NCBI GenBank assembly: GCA_001179505.1
Contig: CDMY01000869.1
Coordinates: forward strand, 179,452 to 243,451
DNA: 64,000 nucleotides
Direction of reading: 5' to 3'
Source of the DNA: Vitrella brassicaformis CCMP3155
Taxonomy: Eukaryota; Protista; Chromerida
In this document: piece after piece, positions 48,001 through 59,835 of the stretch
Layout of the letters: each line of letters begins with the position of its first letter
Position numbering within the stretch: the stretch's first letter is position 1
Position numbers and translations under genes: made by a program
The notes under the pieces: generated by a model
Databases searched by the model: none
The model's input: only the letters and a program-made list of their open reading frames with translations
Told to the model about the DNA's origin: nothing

Positions 48001-48403
48001 NNNNNNNNNNNNNNNNNNNNNNNNNNNNNNNNNNNNNNNNNNNNNNNNNNNNNNNNNNNNNNNNNNNNNNNNNNNNNNNNNNNNNNNNNNNNNNNNNNNN
48101 NNNNNNNNNNNNNNNNNNNNNNNNNNNNCCCTCCTCACCAGCCTTGAGATGATGGGGCCGTCTTCGTGCAGTGTCTTCTGCACTTGGGTGAGCTTGTTCT
48201 CCATGCCAATCGCCCAGTTCTTCATCGAGTTCTGCAACCACCATTGCAGAAGACACAAGCACCGCAGCACATGCTGGGAGTCCCTGTGTCCTGCGCCTCA
48301 CCTGGTTGATGGCCATGGTTCTGATGGACGAAAAGATGATGGATGGCACATTCTCCCATGCCTCCTTGTCAAGCGGCACAGGAGCAACAGCTAACGATGC
48401 CAT
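45002..48403 (-). CDS. Multi-exon coiled-coil hypothetical protein with a Pro/Ser-rich tail
   Basis: MASLAVAPVPLDKEAWENV start; heptad-rich exons (LRGEIQTANESIQAL, QEERFNETLDSLREQL, KVAEARLFALETRVEEE); stop at 45002-45004. One intron contains a gap. Confidence 0.62.
47829..48128. other. Assembly gap (300 N)
   Basis: Run of N within an intron of the minus-strand coiled-coil gene. Confidence 0.95.
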
Positions 48404-48414
48404 TTTGGCGTGAT

Positions 48415-50642
48415 ATGAGTGCTGTATATGTATGTTCAAGCTCGCAAATCGCTGAGCTGCTGATCTCGCAGGGCGACGAGGTGTGCACCATCCTGAGGGA
48501 GTGCACCGACACTTCGGATTTTTCGAAGCTGGCTGAGGCAAGTCGCAACCCTTTGCGCGTCCTCGGGATGCTGTCCCAGTCCTCCCAATCGGGGGACGTT
48601 GCGGGCGTCACCAGACTCGAGTCGGACTCCATCCTCGCAGACTGGTAAGATGACGAGCAGCGCGCCGCTGTCGCAACAGCCAGAACCAACGGCACATCTC
48701 AAGTTTCCCTTTGTGTGTTGTGCTGCGCCTGTCTGTGTGTGGTGTGAACTTCTTCCTCTCAGGAACTATGCAGCCCACCGCGAGGCCGAGCTGACCCGCC
48801 GTGAGAGCGACGCTAAGCGATGGGAGTCGGAGGGCGACCTCTTCCAAGTCAGCTTCACCAACGGCGCCCCGGCGGACGGCGGCAAGACCGCCGCACAGGC
48901 CACCGCAGACAAGAAGAAGATCAAGAAGCAGTATGCCAAGCGCCGCGGTCTACTCAAGCTCTCATTTCCGAAGCTCGGCAAAGGGTCCAGGACACCGCCC
49001 CAGTCGATGGAGGCGCCCCGCGTCGACACCGAGGCGGACCTCAACGCGGCTCTGATCAAGCTGGAGGCCAAGATGCGCGAGGGCGAGGAGCTCTCGCGTG
49101 TGGTGGTTCACAGCGGCTCCCACCCGCCGCCCCGCCCTCCGGGCCGGCCCAAGAAGGGCGGCCTCAAGGCCATGGCATCCTGGGCCACCGGCCTGGGGAG
49201 CTTCAAGCCCAAACCCAAGAAGAAGTCGGGTGCGATGCTGCGGAGCGAGATGATGCGCATCGCCATGGAGGGCATCCCCGACAATGCCCCCAAGGGCAAC
49301 GGCATTCTGCCGCGGCGGAACCGCAAGACCTTCAGCGAGGTGTCCGGATGGTCGCAGGTGGACCCTCAGGACCTCGAGGGACGCATCAAGCAGGCCCACA
49401 AACAGGCCGAGGACATCGTCGCTCGTGCGCGTGAGCGGGCCAAGCAGCTGATGGCAGCGGCCAAGGAGGAGGCAGCAGCCGAGGCGCATGAGATGAAGTG
49501 AGGGAGGGAGGGCGTGGGGGAATGAGAGGAATTTGCAGGACAGGACACTCACGGTACGGTGTCTTATGTGGATGATGTGTGTGTGGTTGTCCGTTCAGGC
49601 TATCCCTTGAGAAGGACCTTGACCGTGAGAAAAGCGAGGTGCGGTGCGCCAAACAACACACCACCACACGCTCACATCCCCGCTCACATCCTAACATACT
49701 GTGTCACTCATGTCATGATGGTTGGTCGTCAGCTGTCTGCGCGTGAGTCGGCCGACACCGAGGACACCATTCCCACTGCTGAGGGCGAGACGCCCGCCGG
49801 GCTGCAGGAGCGGGTCGACGAGATATTCGAGGCCCTCAGACAACGGGACGCCGTCAAGGACGGATGCAAACTCTGCACACGTGAGGCAGGCAGCTGACAC
49901 ACACACACACCCGCACACACACGCTGCTTTTGTTGGTGTCGCGACTTCATTGTGCTGTGGTGTTTGTCTGTTGGTCCTGTGTTTAGGTCACGTGTTGGCA
50001 GTGGATATGTGTCTGAGCCAGGAGGCCACGAGCACACTCATCCGCGAGCGGCTCGCCAGGGAGAGCGCGGCGCCCAAAGTCAGCGTCGCCACCCAAACTG
50101 GCGAACGGTCGGGACTTTTCTTGTGATGAATGAGCAGTGTGGCCACCGTGGCGTCTCATGTCGTGTGTACTGCTATCCTTTTTGCGCTGCCGTGTTTTTG
50201 GCCGGCACCAGCACATAGGGGGCGGGGCGTGTGTGGATGGGATGCGGCGGGTTGGCTGTGGTGTGTGTGTATGCGTGAGCCGTTTTTGGCTCACTGGCAG
50301 CTGTTTTCCCTGTCAGCCTCAGGTGTGCCTGCCTGTCTGTCTGTCTGTCTGTATGTGTATCGCTTATGCATCACTGGCTAAATGGCTTTATGCTATGCGT
50401 GTCTCCTGTGAAGTGAGTCTCTGTGGGGGGTGGTGCCTTCCTTCGCCGTTTCGCTTGTTCGTCGCGGATGCCTCAGCGGCTGCGCACCGTCGCGCACCCG
50501 CTAGTGCATCCGTCGGGTGCAGGAGGAACGAAGGGCGGCACCAACACCCACGGCAGACATCAGTGTTGGACCATTCCTTGATTGGCTTCTCTCTGGCTGG
50601 ATAAATCAGCTTCTTCCTGTGGTATGGCAGTGGCTCGTATGA
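48415..50642 (+). CDS. Hypothetical Lys-rich / coiled-coil protein (both ends uncertain)
   Basis: Exon SQIAELLISQG...ILADW splices in phase to NYAAHREAEL...AHEMK (48764-49498), with further exons near 49733 and 50022. The 3' exon choice is tentative. Confidence 0.5.
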
Positions 50643-51783
50643 CAGCTGTGGCACACCGCCGTGCCCTCGTCTGTGCGAGGCCAAGCGGGCTGCCGCATCA
50701 CACATATACCACCTCAGTAGCACACTCACGCGCCATCTTCGCATTCATATGGCTTTCTGTTTTGTCTCTGAGCGGTGTGATGTGATGTCTTGGTGTGTGC
50801 ATCAGTCATTTGCGCCCCGTCGCGAGCTCTTCAGCGAGATCGATTGAGGAGCGCATCCGCCTCTCTGTCCTTCTCGCAAAGAGCTTGCTGACGCGGAGCG
50901 AATGCCGATGCACCGAGGCATTAGGATGGCGAAATGTTTGTCAAATTAATGATAACGGCGCCGCCTGCCTTTCTGCATGGCGCGTGCAGATGAGTGTGAG
51001 CGATGGCGATGGTTGGTTGGTTGGTACCTGCAACATTCATTCATTGTCATATATGCGCATGGCCGACGGACTTTTGTGCCGGTTGGTTCCTGTTTTGTGC
51101 TGTGCGTGCGTGTTGTGTCCCCTTGCCTAGTTGTATGTGCGTGTCCGTGGGCCACATGTGCATGGACCTAATTCCACTCTGGGTGTGCGTGTGTGTTCGT
51201 GTGAGTGGCGATGGATGACACCATACCATGACAGAGACACCATGCAGTCGAATTGACTGAATGACGGATGATGCGAGAGTCGATCGATGGTCCCGCCCTC
51301 CCTCTCCCTCTCTCTCATAAACACACACACCCCGCACGAACAGGCGCGCATACAATTTCCTCCGCTGCTGCTGAATTAACCTAACTAACCGTCCGTCCGT
51401 CCGTCCGTCGCTCTGGTAAAAGTACGTAGCGACATCACTCTACACAAGGAGAGGGTCACTACGAGGGCGCTCAAAACAGGCACCAACTCACTCACCCACA
51501 CACACACGCACCCACTCACACGGACACGACACACACACACAGACATACACCCCTCTCTCTCCGAGTAGGCATCGTGTCGCGCGAGTGACGCCGTCTGCGT
51601 GTGTAAGTGCGCGTGTGAGCGGGTGTGTCTGTCCATGGCATGGTGTTGTACATCACATCCGTCCATCCCATCGATCCTTCCATGCCATGCCATGTGTCGA
51701 CTGATAGATCTCATTGTTATAGGTGTGTGTGTCGTGTCGGTGGTCATGGCATCCATCCATCCATCCGCCCGTCCATCCATCCA

Positions 51784-53371
51784 TCATCGCCTCTGGGCAT
51801 AAATGTTGCCATGGTCCCCCAACTCGATGTGGACCATGCGCTCGCCCCGCAGCCGCTTGGAAGACCGACCCCCACCCATGAAGGGCAACCCCGTACTCGT
51901 GTCCTTCTCAACCACTACATCAACCTTCTGCAGTCATCATATCATTACGACAGACACAACGAGACGCAGGTGAACAGGTGAGCATGTCGGCCGGTCCGTG
52001 TGTGTGTGTGCTGTGCGTGCCGTGCCGGTGTGTGCGCGTACCTGAGGCACGTACGCGTCAAACGCGTCATCTGGTGACAACAGACAAATAAGAGTTGACA
52101 GGTGAGTCCGTCGGGTGCGCGTGTGCGGTGTGGTTTGGTTTGGTATCTGACCATCAACTGAGACCACCTCGACGGAGGGCCTCTTCTTGGAGTCGACCGC
52201 CATGCCGCTGTCCCTCCTGTGCTGCCGCGCCTGCGCCAGGGGCGGCAGGCGTGATGGGGTGGTCATGCCCACCCCGCCCGTAGACATACGATGGTTGGTC
52301 GTCCCCGGCTGCCCTGTGGCCCTCGGGTGCGAGGCCTGGCCGCTCGGCCGGGGGTGCTGCGAGTGGCGCTTCTTGCCGTGAGCACTGGTGCGGTTGCTCG
52401 TGTCGGCCGACATGAAGTGCCCCGCCCCCATGCCCATGCCCATGAGCACATCGCCGCCGAGCTCGTCGACGTCCATCATGTCTGTGCGGCCCTCGCCCTT
52501 CTCGTGCATGCTCACGGGCTGGTGGCTGCTGGGGTGCCTGCTGGGTGTCTTGTCGGCCTTGTGTGGGGGGGAGGGGGGGAGGGGGGCCGGCAGCGGCTCA
52601 GTGACGACGGGCGAGAGGCCCTTGACCGACGGGGGGCAGTACTGGTGGATGTAGGCCGTGTTGTACGGCTCCTGCTTATTCCGCACCGGCAGGTACACGC
52701 CATACGTGCTGCTCCGCTGACAGACCAGAAACCACGTCACGTCACATGTCACAATGAAATGACACACACAGTGCAAACGCATGCAGGGGTCCTCATCTGT
52801 TGGTGGTCAGGGCTGACTCACTCACCTCGTTGGGTGCGTGGTAGTAGAACATATCTCTTTTCAGAACGACGGCGTCATCGATAGCGAAGTCCTTCCTCTT
52901 GCGCTCCAGCATGCCCATGAGCTTGTCCACCTTGACCGTCTCCATCTGCATGGCCGTGCGGTCTGAGTCGCCCATGAACACGTCCACACCGGCAATCTTG
53001 CCGGCGAAGGGGCTGCAGTAGGGCACGGCCTCCATCCGAATCTGCTTGACGCGAAGCGCCGAACGCGAGAAGAGCCGCGCATTCGTGTCGGAGCTGTCAA
53101 CCCAAACTATCAGCGAACCCCACGACTCTGAAGCACACAACAACACAGAGTAGAGGGAGGGAGGAAGTGAGGTTGCAAGCTGCCATGCCAGCCTTGCTGG
53201 CCTCTCCTCGCACGCTCTCTTCAGCTCGTCTACGGCCTGTGTACGGGCGTCCCGTCCCCTCTCACCGTCTGATACGTCTTCGCCCCCGTGCTCGGTGGTG
53301 ATGCGGAGGAAGTGGGGACAGCGAGACATGCAGCTGCTGCTGGTGTGGGCGGAAGAGGCAGAGGCCGCCAT
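51784..53371 (-). CDS. Hypothetical protein with an N-terminal globular region and a disordered C-terminus carrying basic NLS-like motifs
   Basis: In-phase exons LRITTEHGG..ELKRACEE, WGSLIVWVDSS..DMFYYHAPNE, RSSTYGVYLP..KKRPSVEVVS, DDAFDAYVPQ, KVDVVVEK..SKRLRGE..YAQRR*. The start could also be 53425. Confidence 0.58.
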
Positions 53372-53691
53372 GGTGCCCAACGCCGAGAACAACCACCTAA
53401 GGATGCGTGTACTCTTGGTCTGCACGGACAGTTACGATGGCTTCCAGGGTGTGCTACACAGACATCAGGGGCACGCCAAGAGAGGAATTCCTGTCGCTCA
53501 AAAAGAACTCTAAGCTCGCAGGCCGAGAAGCGATCCGAATGCGCACCGACCGACCGACGTTGACCGACCGATCTTCGAATGCGTGAGGGCTGTGCCAGAT
53601 TTGGTGCCATCGACATGCACCTCCAGTCACGTCACGCAGATCTTTGTCCACTGCAAAATGGCAATGAAATGAAAGTGAGTCCGCGTGCGCA

Positions 53692-55883
53692 TCATGAGTC
53701 GCCGCCCTCGGCAGACGGCGCGTCTGCTGCAGCCGCCTCCTCATTGGCTGCCTCCTTCGCCGCGACCACGCCGGCCATCATGGCCCGAAGGAACTCCATC
53801 TGGCGCCTGCACGATGACGTGACACCTACCCAGAACAAGAATGACACATAGCTGGGTATCTGTCACCTGAGCTCTTGCCGGTAGGCGATGCTCTCCTGCA
53901 CGTACTCGATGGGCGACGACTGTGACAGCGCCATAGAACAGAGGAAAGATGGTCAAACAAACCTCTTGTTGTCGGGTTTACTCACCAGTTTGCTCTCCGT
54001 TTGAGCGGTTCGGGTCTCTCGCATCGTGCGGCATGCACTGTCAATGGCGTCTTGGATGGGCCGGGTCAGGTCGGACGGCATGAGGCGCTCCCTCTCGATG
54101 TACTCGAACAGCTGCACACAACACGTACACATAGATAGAGATATGCTCACACACGTCGTAAGACAATTTGCTTACCACGTCGAGGACCTCGGCCCGATCG
54201 CTCTCCGTGCCCTCAATCTGAGGGAGCAGCCAGGTCATCAGGACACATGTGCTGCCTGCCGCTATCAGCCAGCCTTTGTGTCGTGTGCACTGCTCGGGTC
54301 TCACCTGGTACCAACAGAAGGGGATAGCGACGAACGCAGTCATCTCCAAAGCAGTCGGATGCGACCCGTCGCCCTTGTTGGACGTCTCCTTGTCTGCCAG
54401 CACTGCCGCCGGGTTTTTGAGCAGCTCGAACGGCGCCAGCTCGACAAAGGGCGGGGCTAGTGCCGGGTCGGTCGGGAGGTCCGCCGCCGATGGAGGGGGG
54501 AAGTATAGAAACATTGGCGTTCCTGCAAACACGGGATTGTCAAACAAATGTACTTACTACTCATCAGCTTCAAAGCGTCAGCATCACATCAATGTCTGTC
54601 TGATTTGTCCACCGACCTGTGATTTCTTCGTGGGTGATCCCTGGTGGCAGGTGGTTCTTGGAGAGGTTGTATTGGAAGAATCGCAGTCGGTCGCGGAGTG
54701 CAGGAAGCGCAGCAGTGACGGGCAGTAGGTCATGACACAGGGCACACACAGGACAGTCCTGGACACATAAAAATATAAACAGGCGCTCATCAGGGGCATA
54801 TATACATAATTGACGATCGGGTCTCACCTCGGCGGTGAGAATGACCACTGCAGGAAGAGGTGACGATGCGCGCACCTAGAACGGAGAACGCACCAGGGAG
54901 GTGCACGCACCTATCCACCCACTCTTCCCAAGTACCTTGCTCGCCCCACCTCTTGCACAAAATTGTCATAAACGATCTCCTGCACCACACCAGGGGGCCC
55001 CTCACCACTATCATCGCCAGCGGCAGAGGGCGGTGGTGGTATGGGTGCCGACGGCACCAGGAGTGGTTCGATCAATTGACTGACTTGGTCGATGTCGTCT
55101 GCACTGACCATATCCATCGTTTGCTTGTAGTCCACTTGCACACGCAGGCCGATCACATGCCGGTCGGGGGTGGGCAGGGACGACAGCAAGTCGCTCTCGG
55201 GTGACGACGCGGCTGCTGAAGACTGCTGGGTGGTCTCCCGGGCTTTGCCCTCGACGAGCGAATAGCAGAAATCGAATTCGTCGGCATACTTCTTCCTGAA
55301 TGCACACCATACCATACATGGTGTGCAGAAACGACTCGTGTACGAGTGCTTACATGAGCTTCAAGACAACCTGTTGACATTCTTCCTTCTGTCGCTCGTT
55401 GACAAAGACGAACTAAAGGGAGGGGAATGCAGTGACATACAGCCACGCACGTGTCAGTCTGTCAGTCTGTCTGTCTATCTGTCTGTCTGTCTGAGGAACT
55501 CCCTCACTGACCTTGATGAAGCGATTGAAGTTGAAGTCGGCCGGCACGTCACTCAAGGGAAATAGGAGCGATAGCAGCAGCGGATCTAGGTCACCGTCAT
55601 CATCTTCCTTGAAACTGGAAGGCGATTGTGCCATTCCATCTGTCGAAGGCAAAGCAGCAGCCTCATTCATCGCAGGCCGCTTCGTCCTCCTTTCCAGCAG
55701 TGCTGAAGCCATCAGTGCTATCGTGGGGATGCCCCAGAGCAGCTTCATGGGCATCTCATCTGTCGTTCGTGTCCTTCGCTGCGCCCAAGCATGGAGGGTC
55801 ACCATGCTGCAAACGAGCCGTCGGCTTTCAGGCTGCAAGCGGGACAGGCTGCCTGCAAAGCGGCGAGGCAGATGGCCTTGCAT
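53692..55883 (-). CDS. Thioredoxin-fold (CxxC = CPVC) protein with an Arg-rich N-terminus and a TM segment
   Basis: Spliced YDNFVQE|VRASSPLPAVVILTAE|DCPVCALCHDLLP..RFFQYNLSKNHLP..|GTPMFLYFP follows the thioredoxin/PDI pattern. The N-terminus is MQGHLPRRFAGSLSRLQ.. followed by LLWGIPTIALMASALL. Confidence 0.6.
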
Positions 55884-55946
55884 TTTCACTGCGGGATGCG
55901 ATCGTTTTGAAGCTCGCCACAAAAAAAGGAGCAGCGACGCGAAAGA

Positions 55947-58900
55947 ATGCGTGTGAAGGAGCACAAAGCAGACGCATCGGCCCCACCTGAAAAGTACACT
56001 TTGACGGTGAGTTGTGGTCCCTTCCCCTCTCTGCAATGTACCGATCAATTCGTTCGTGTGCGTGTGTGAATTCAGGTGAGGGTAGCTGGGCCAAGGCAAC
56101 TTGGTCTCGACCTCGCCTTTCGCATTCACGTCGACCACCACGCAACACAAGGAGGCAAGCAAGAGCGAAGAGTGTGTATGAGTCGGTGTGAGTGGGGCTC
56201 ACTCCACCTGCCTTGACTCCTCGTTTCTCGTCAGGTTTGCCAGCCCCCCTGTGTGCTCTGCGAGACTTCCTCCAGACGTTGGCCTCCTCGAAGGCCATCG
56301 ACCCGAGGGAAGTGGAGGACGCACGAGATCCTGAACGACGCATCAAGGAATGGCACTGGACAATCGTCAAGGAAACGGAGGCGTTGGAAAGGAAACTAAA
56401 GGTGAGCTGTGCGGGGAAAGAAACAGCGGCTGCACCTGTCCCCATCCCACTGCTCTGCTGCTTCAGGAGGCAGACGACGTCATCCGGAAGAAAGAATCAA
56501 AGGTGAGACACGCGGATGCGGCGTGCAATGAGTACGTTGATTGCTTCTTGTTAGGAGAAGGCCATGCAAGACATGCTGGCCTCATTCCACAAAGAAATAG
56601 CAAGTCTTCGAAGCCAGGTGAAATACGGTGCCAGACGAGCACAAACGTACACACACCCGACGTGCCATCACTTGCCTGTGTATTGATCACGCGTACATGT
56701 ATGTGTCCGCAGCTCACTCGGTCGCGCCGTAGCTCATCCAGGGGGCTCAGCAGGGCTGGGTCGGAAGCGGATTCGCCGACACACGCCGAGAGAGTAACGT
56801 TTTTCGATGCCGAGAAATACATCACCGGTGGGACATGAGAAGTACCCACATCGATTGCATGACTCTCTGCCCGGCTGTCTCTCTGTGCAGATGACTTGGT
56901 CAATCAGCTGCTGGCGCAAAAGAAAGACGAAATGCAGGCCAAGTTCGACCGGGAAATGACGATGCAACTTCAACGATTCCAGTGAGACAAGAGAGGCGGA
57001 AAGAAAACGATGAGTCTTTCAGTTCCTGTCTCCCGTTGTTTTCCGTGCAGTGCGCTCAAGGAGAACTACGTCAGCAAGTGTTTCCGCCTACGAAGCAACC
57101 AGGTATGGATCTCTGTGTCTCCTATAGGCAGGAATTCACAGACTCTCATGTAACGTGGTCTCAGGTGTATCTCCATCGGCTGAAGGGCAAGTTGGGAATA
57201 AGAGATAATGAGGACCTGGTCGCCAAGGTGGGAATGCTGCCTTCTCTCATTTCTTTCCTTGGCGTCAGCCTACTGCGTGTGACTGCTGATTGCAGCTTGG
57301 TGAGTTGGATCAGTCTGAAATCTGGCACATCCTTCAAACCATGGAGAACGAGCTGGTGCAGATCGACGACAAATGCAGACAAACAACTGTAAGCATCCAT
57401 GTCTTACACTTATGCGTCTTGCCCTATGCGTCTCTGCATTCCTCATTCAGGGCAAGGAGCCGCTGAAAAGGCTAGCGTCCTTCAATCCTGTGAACGATCT
57501 TCGCTTGGAGCTACTAGGTGAGGCAAGTTGAGCATCAAAGAGGCCTGCTCTCGCCTTCTCTTTTCTTGCGATCCATCAAGGTCCCAACTTTGATATCACG
57601 AAGGTCAAGCACAAGCGAAAGAGCGACGCCTTTCAGCACTTCATGCAGTCGCTAGCCAACAACGATGTCGAGAGGAAAGATGCGGCCTCTCAAACAGATG
57701 CAGCACTGCTTCTACACATGTGAGCACCGACCGGTGCTTCTCGTATCTTTGGGCACCCGGCCTTTGTACTGACTGACTCGCGCAGGAGTCGTGTCATGGG
57801 TGCCTTCCAAAAGGCGAAGAACCGCTCGTCAACATATGAACTTATTGAGGTGCACGAGCACAGCATGTGGCCAAAGTATCTGTGCTAATTGGTGTCTGAC
57901 ACGATTGGCACGCAGATGGAGCACACAGGCATGCAGACAGACCTCTCTCTGGTCGAAATCGACCTGCTCATTGCCCACGCCAATCAGAGCCTCGCCCGCG
58001 AGCGCTTCAAGCCAGCATCCGACACCCCAATGGCCGAGCTGCCCATGGTCATCAGCAAGATCAGCTCGCCTGGGTTGAGACAAATGGAGGGTGACATGAA
58101 GGGCGCCTCTCTCCCAGAGATAGAAGCTGTCATGGAGAAGCTAGACACATACGAAACAGCAGCGAAGAATCAGTTTCAGCGTGTGATGGAGCTGAAGAGG
58201 CATCAATGCACCAAACTGCACGAGGCCCTCCTCGAAAAGACCAAGTCACTGGGGGCATCAGATCATGGGGAGGAATCTGCTGAAATGAGACGCCACGAGA
58301 AGCTCATCGAGAGACTTGAGCTGTCCATGCAGGTGAGGGCTGGCCATCCCTTCTCACATACATCCGTGTCTCCCATCTCGTGCCTATGCGTGTTGCCGCA
58401 GTCTTCAGCGTATTCGACGGGAACGCCAGCCATGCTGACGCCAAGACTGGACCGGAGAAAGAAAAAGAAGACTCTCCAGGCGAGCGTCCAGACAGACCCA
58501 TACGCCGCCCCCGAGCAGCGTAGCCTCGTACCGGTGCCTGCCCCGCAGAAGAGCAACGAGGCACCCGTCTTGAAGTGTCCCGGCTTCCCAGGTACGATCC
58601 ACAACGCGAACTACTCACACAGAGCCATAACTCTTTTATATGTATGGATGCATCAGTTGAACTCGGTATCACTCCTTTCCTGAAGCTGCGTCTCGATCCG
58701 ACTCTGCAAGAGCGCGAGGACTCCCTCCGGGATCAGAGCACAGCGTCCCGCGACGAGGCGGGCAAGTCGACAGCGCTCTCGACCGTCGCCCTCCACTGCA
58801 GCCTCATCACATCCTCTTCATCTGCAAAGAGCGACGACAGCGGCGAGCTGGCAGTGGAGTCCATACAGCGGGGAAAGAGACGAGCCGAGTCTCCAGCTGA

Positions 58901-59513
58901 GCCCCCGCCTCTGCGATATTCGTCAGGTGGATCCCCCAGCACCCTGTCGCCCAGGGAGAAGACGGAGCTCTTTCTCAACACCGAGAGGACGAGGCGCATC
59001 GCTCCACTTAGCCAGAGGTTCGTGCCGCCTGTCCTGCCGGTGATCGGGGAGTCCTTCGGCGAAGCAAGGCCATTGAGACCTCACACGCGAGACACTCGAA
59101 TCACCGGCGTCGCCAGGAGGGCACCGGTGCACCATCAAGTCGACAGGCCGCAGACAACTACACAAAACGTCAGCCACTGCAGCGACATCCAAGAGGAGGC
59201 ACAGCAGGAGTCATCCATCGAGCATGAGCGGGACTCTCCTGAAATGTCTTTCCGCGGCCAAGTGAGTGCGCGAGTGCCATCGAGACACTACCCTTCACCA
59301 ACAATACAGACAAGGCGGCCAGACACCTCGTTTCATGAGTGTATGGTCGTCTCGCCCCTCGACGTCCGTGTCGACCACCACAACTCCATCAGCACGCGAA
59401 CGAACGATGCAAGAGAGGAGAACGAGGGAAGGAGTGAGCACAGCCTTAGAGACAGTCAAAAGGCAATATCTACGGCAATAGCTGCCGCTGCATATTCCAG
59501 AGTTGTTAGGTGA
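55947..59513 (+). CDS. Large multi-exon coiled-coil / disordered hypothetical protein with three xxQTD motifs
   Basis: Phase-consistent exons from MRVKEHKADAS to AYSRVVR*, with coiled-coil segments (TEALERKLK|EADDVIRKKE, QKKDEMQAKFDREM). Confidence 0.58.
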
Positions 59514-59835
59514 GAGAGAGGTCTATACGTTGCACACCATGCATTGATCTTCTGTGTGTGTGTCTGTGTGTCTCGGTGTTTCATTCAGACGGAAGGCGAC
59601 TATTCCGTCTAGGCAAACGAGAACCTTTCTTCACTCGCAACGGGGAAACCTCCGGCTGCCTGCTTGATCGGTGTGTCGGTTGCTTCTCATGATTGGATGC
59701 TTGTGACTCTGTTGTGTGACTGACTGACTCTGTATATTTACATGACGTGGGTCCTTTTGTAAAGATCGATCAACTGTTGCTGCACAGCACACCGCCGCTG
59801 ACAGACAAACAGCACACACCCAATCGGCACCCGCG

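Noticed and set aside
50388-50744. Minus-strand 118-aa ORF as a separate gene
   Set aside because: No credible start or splice partner; the region may instead hold 3' exons of the plus-strand gene.
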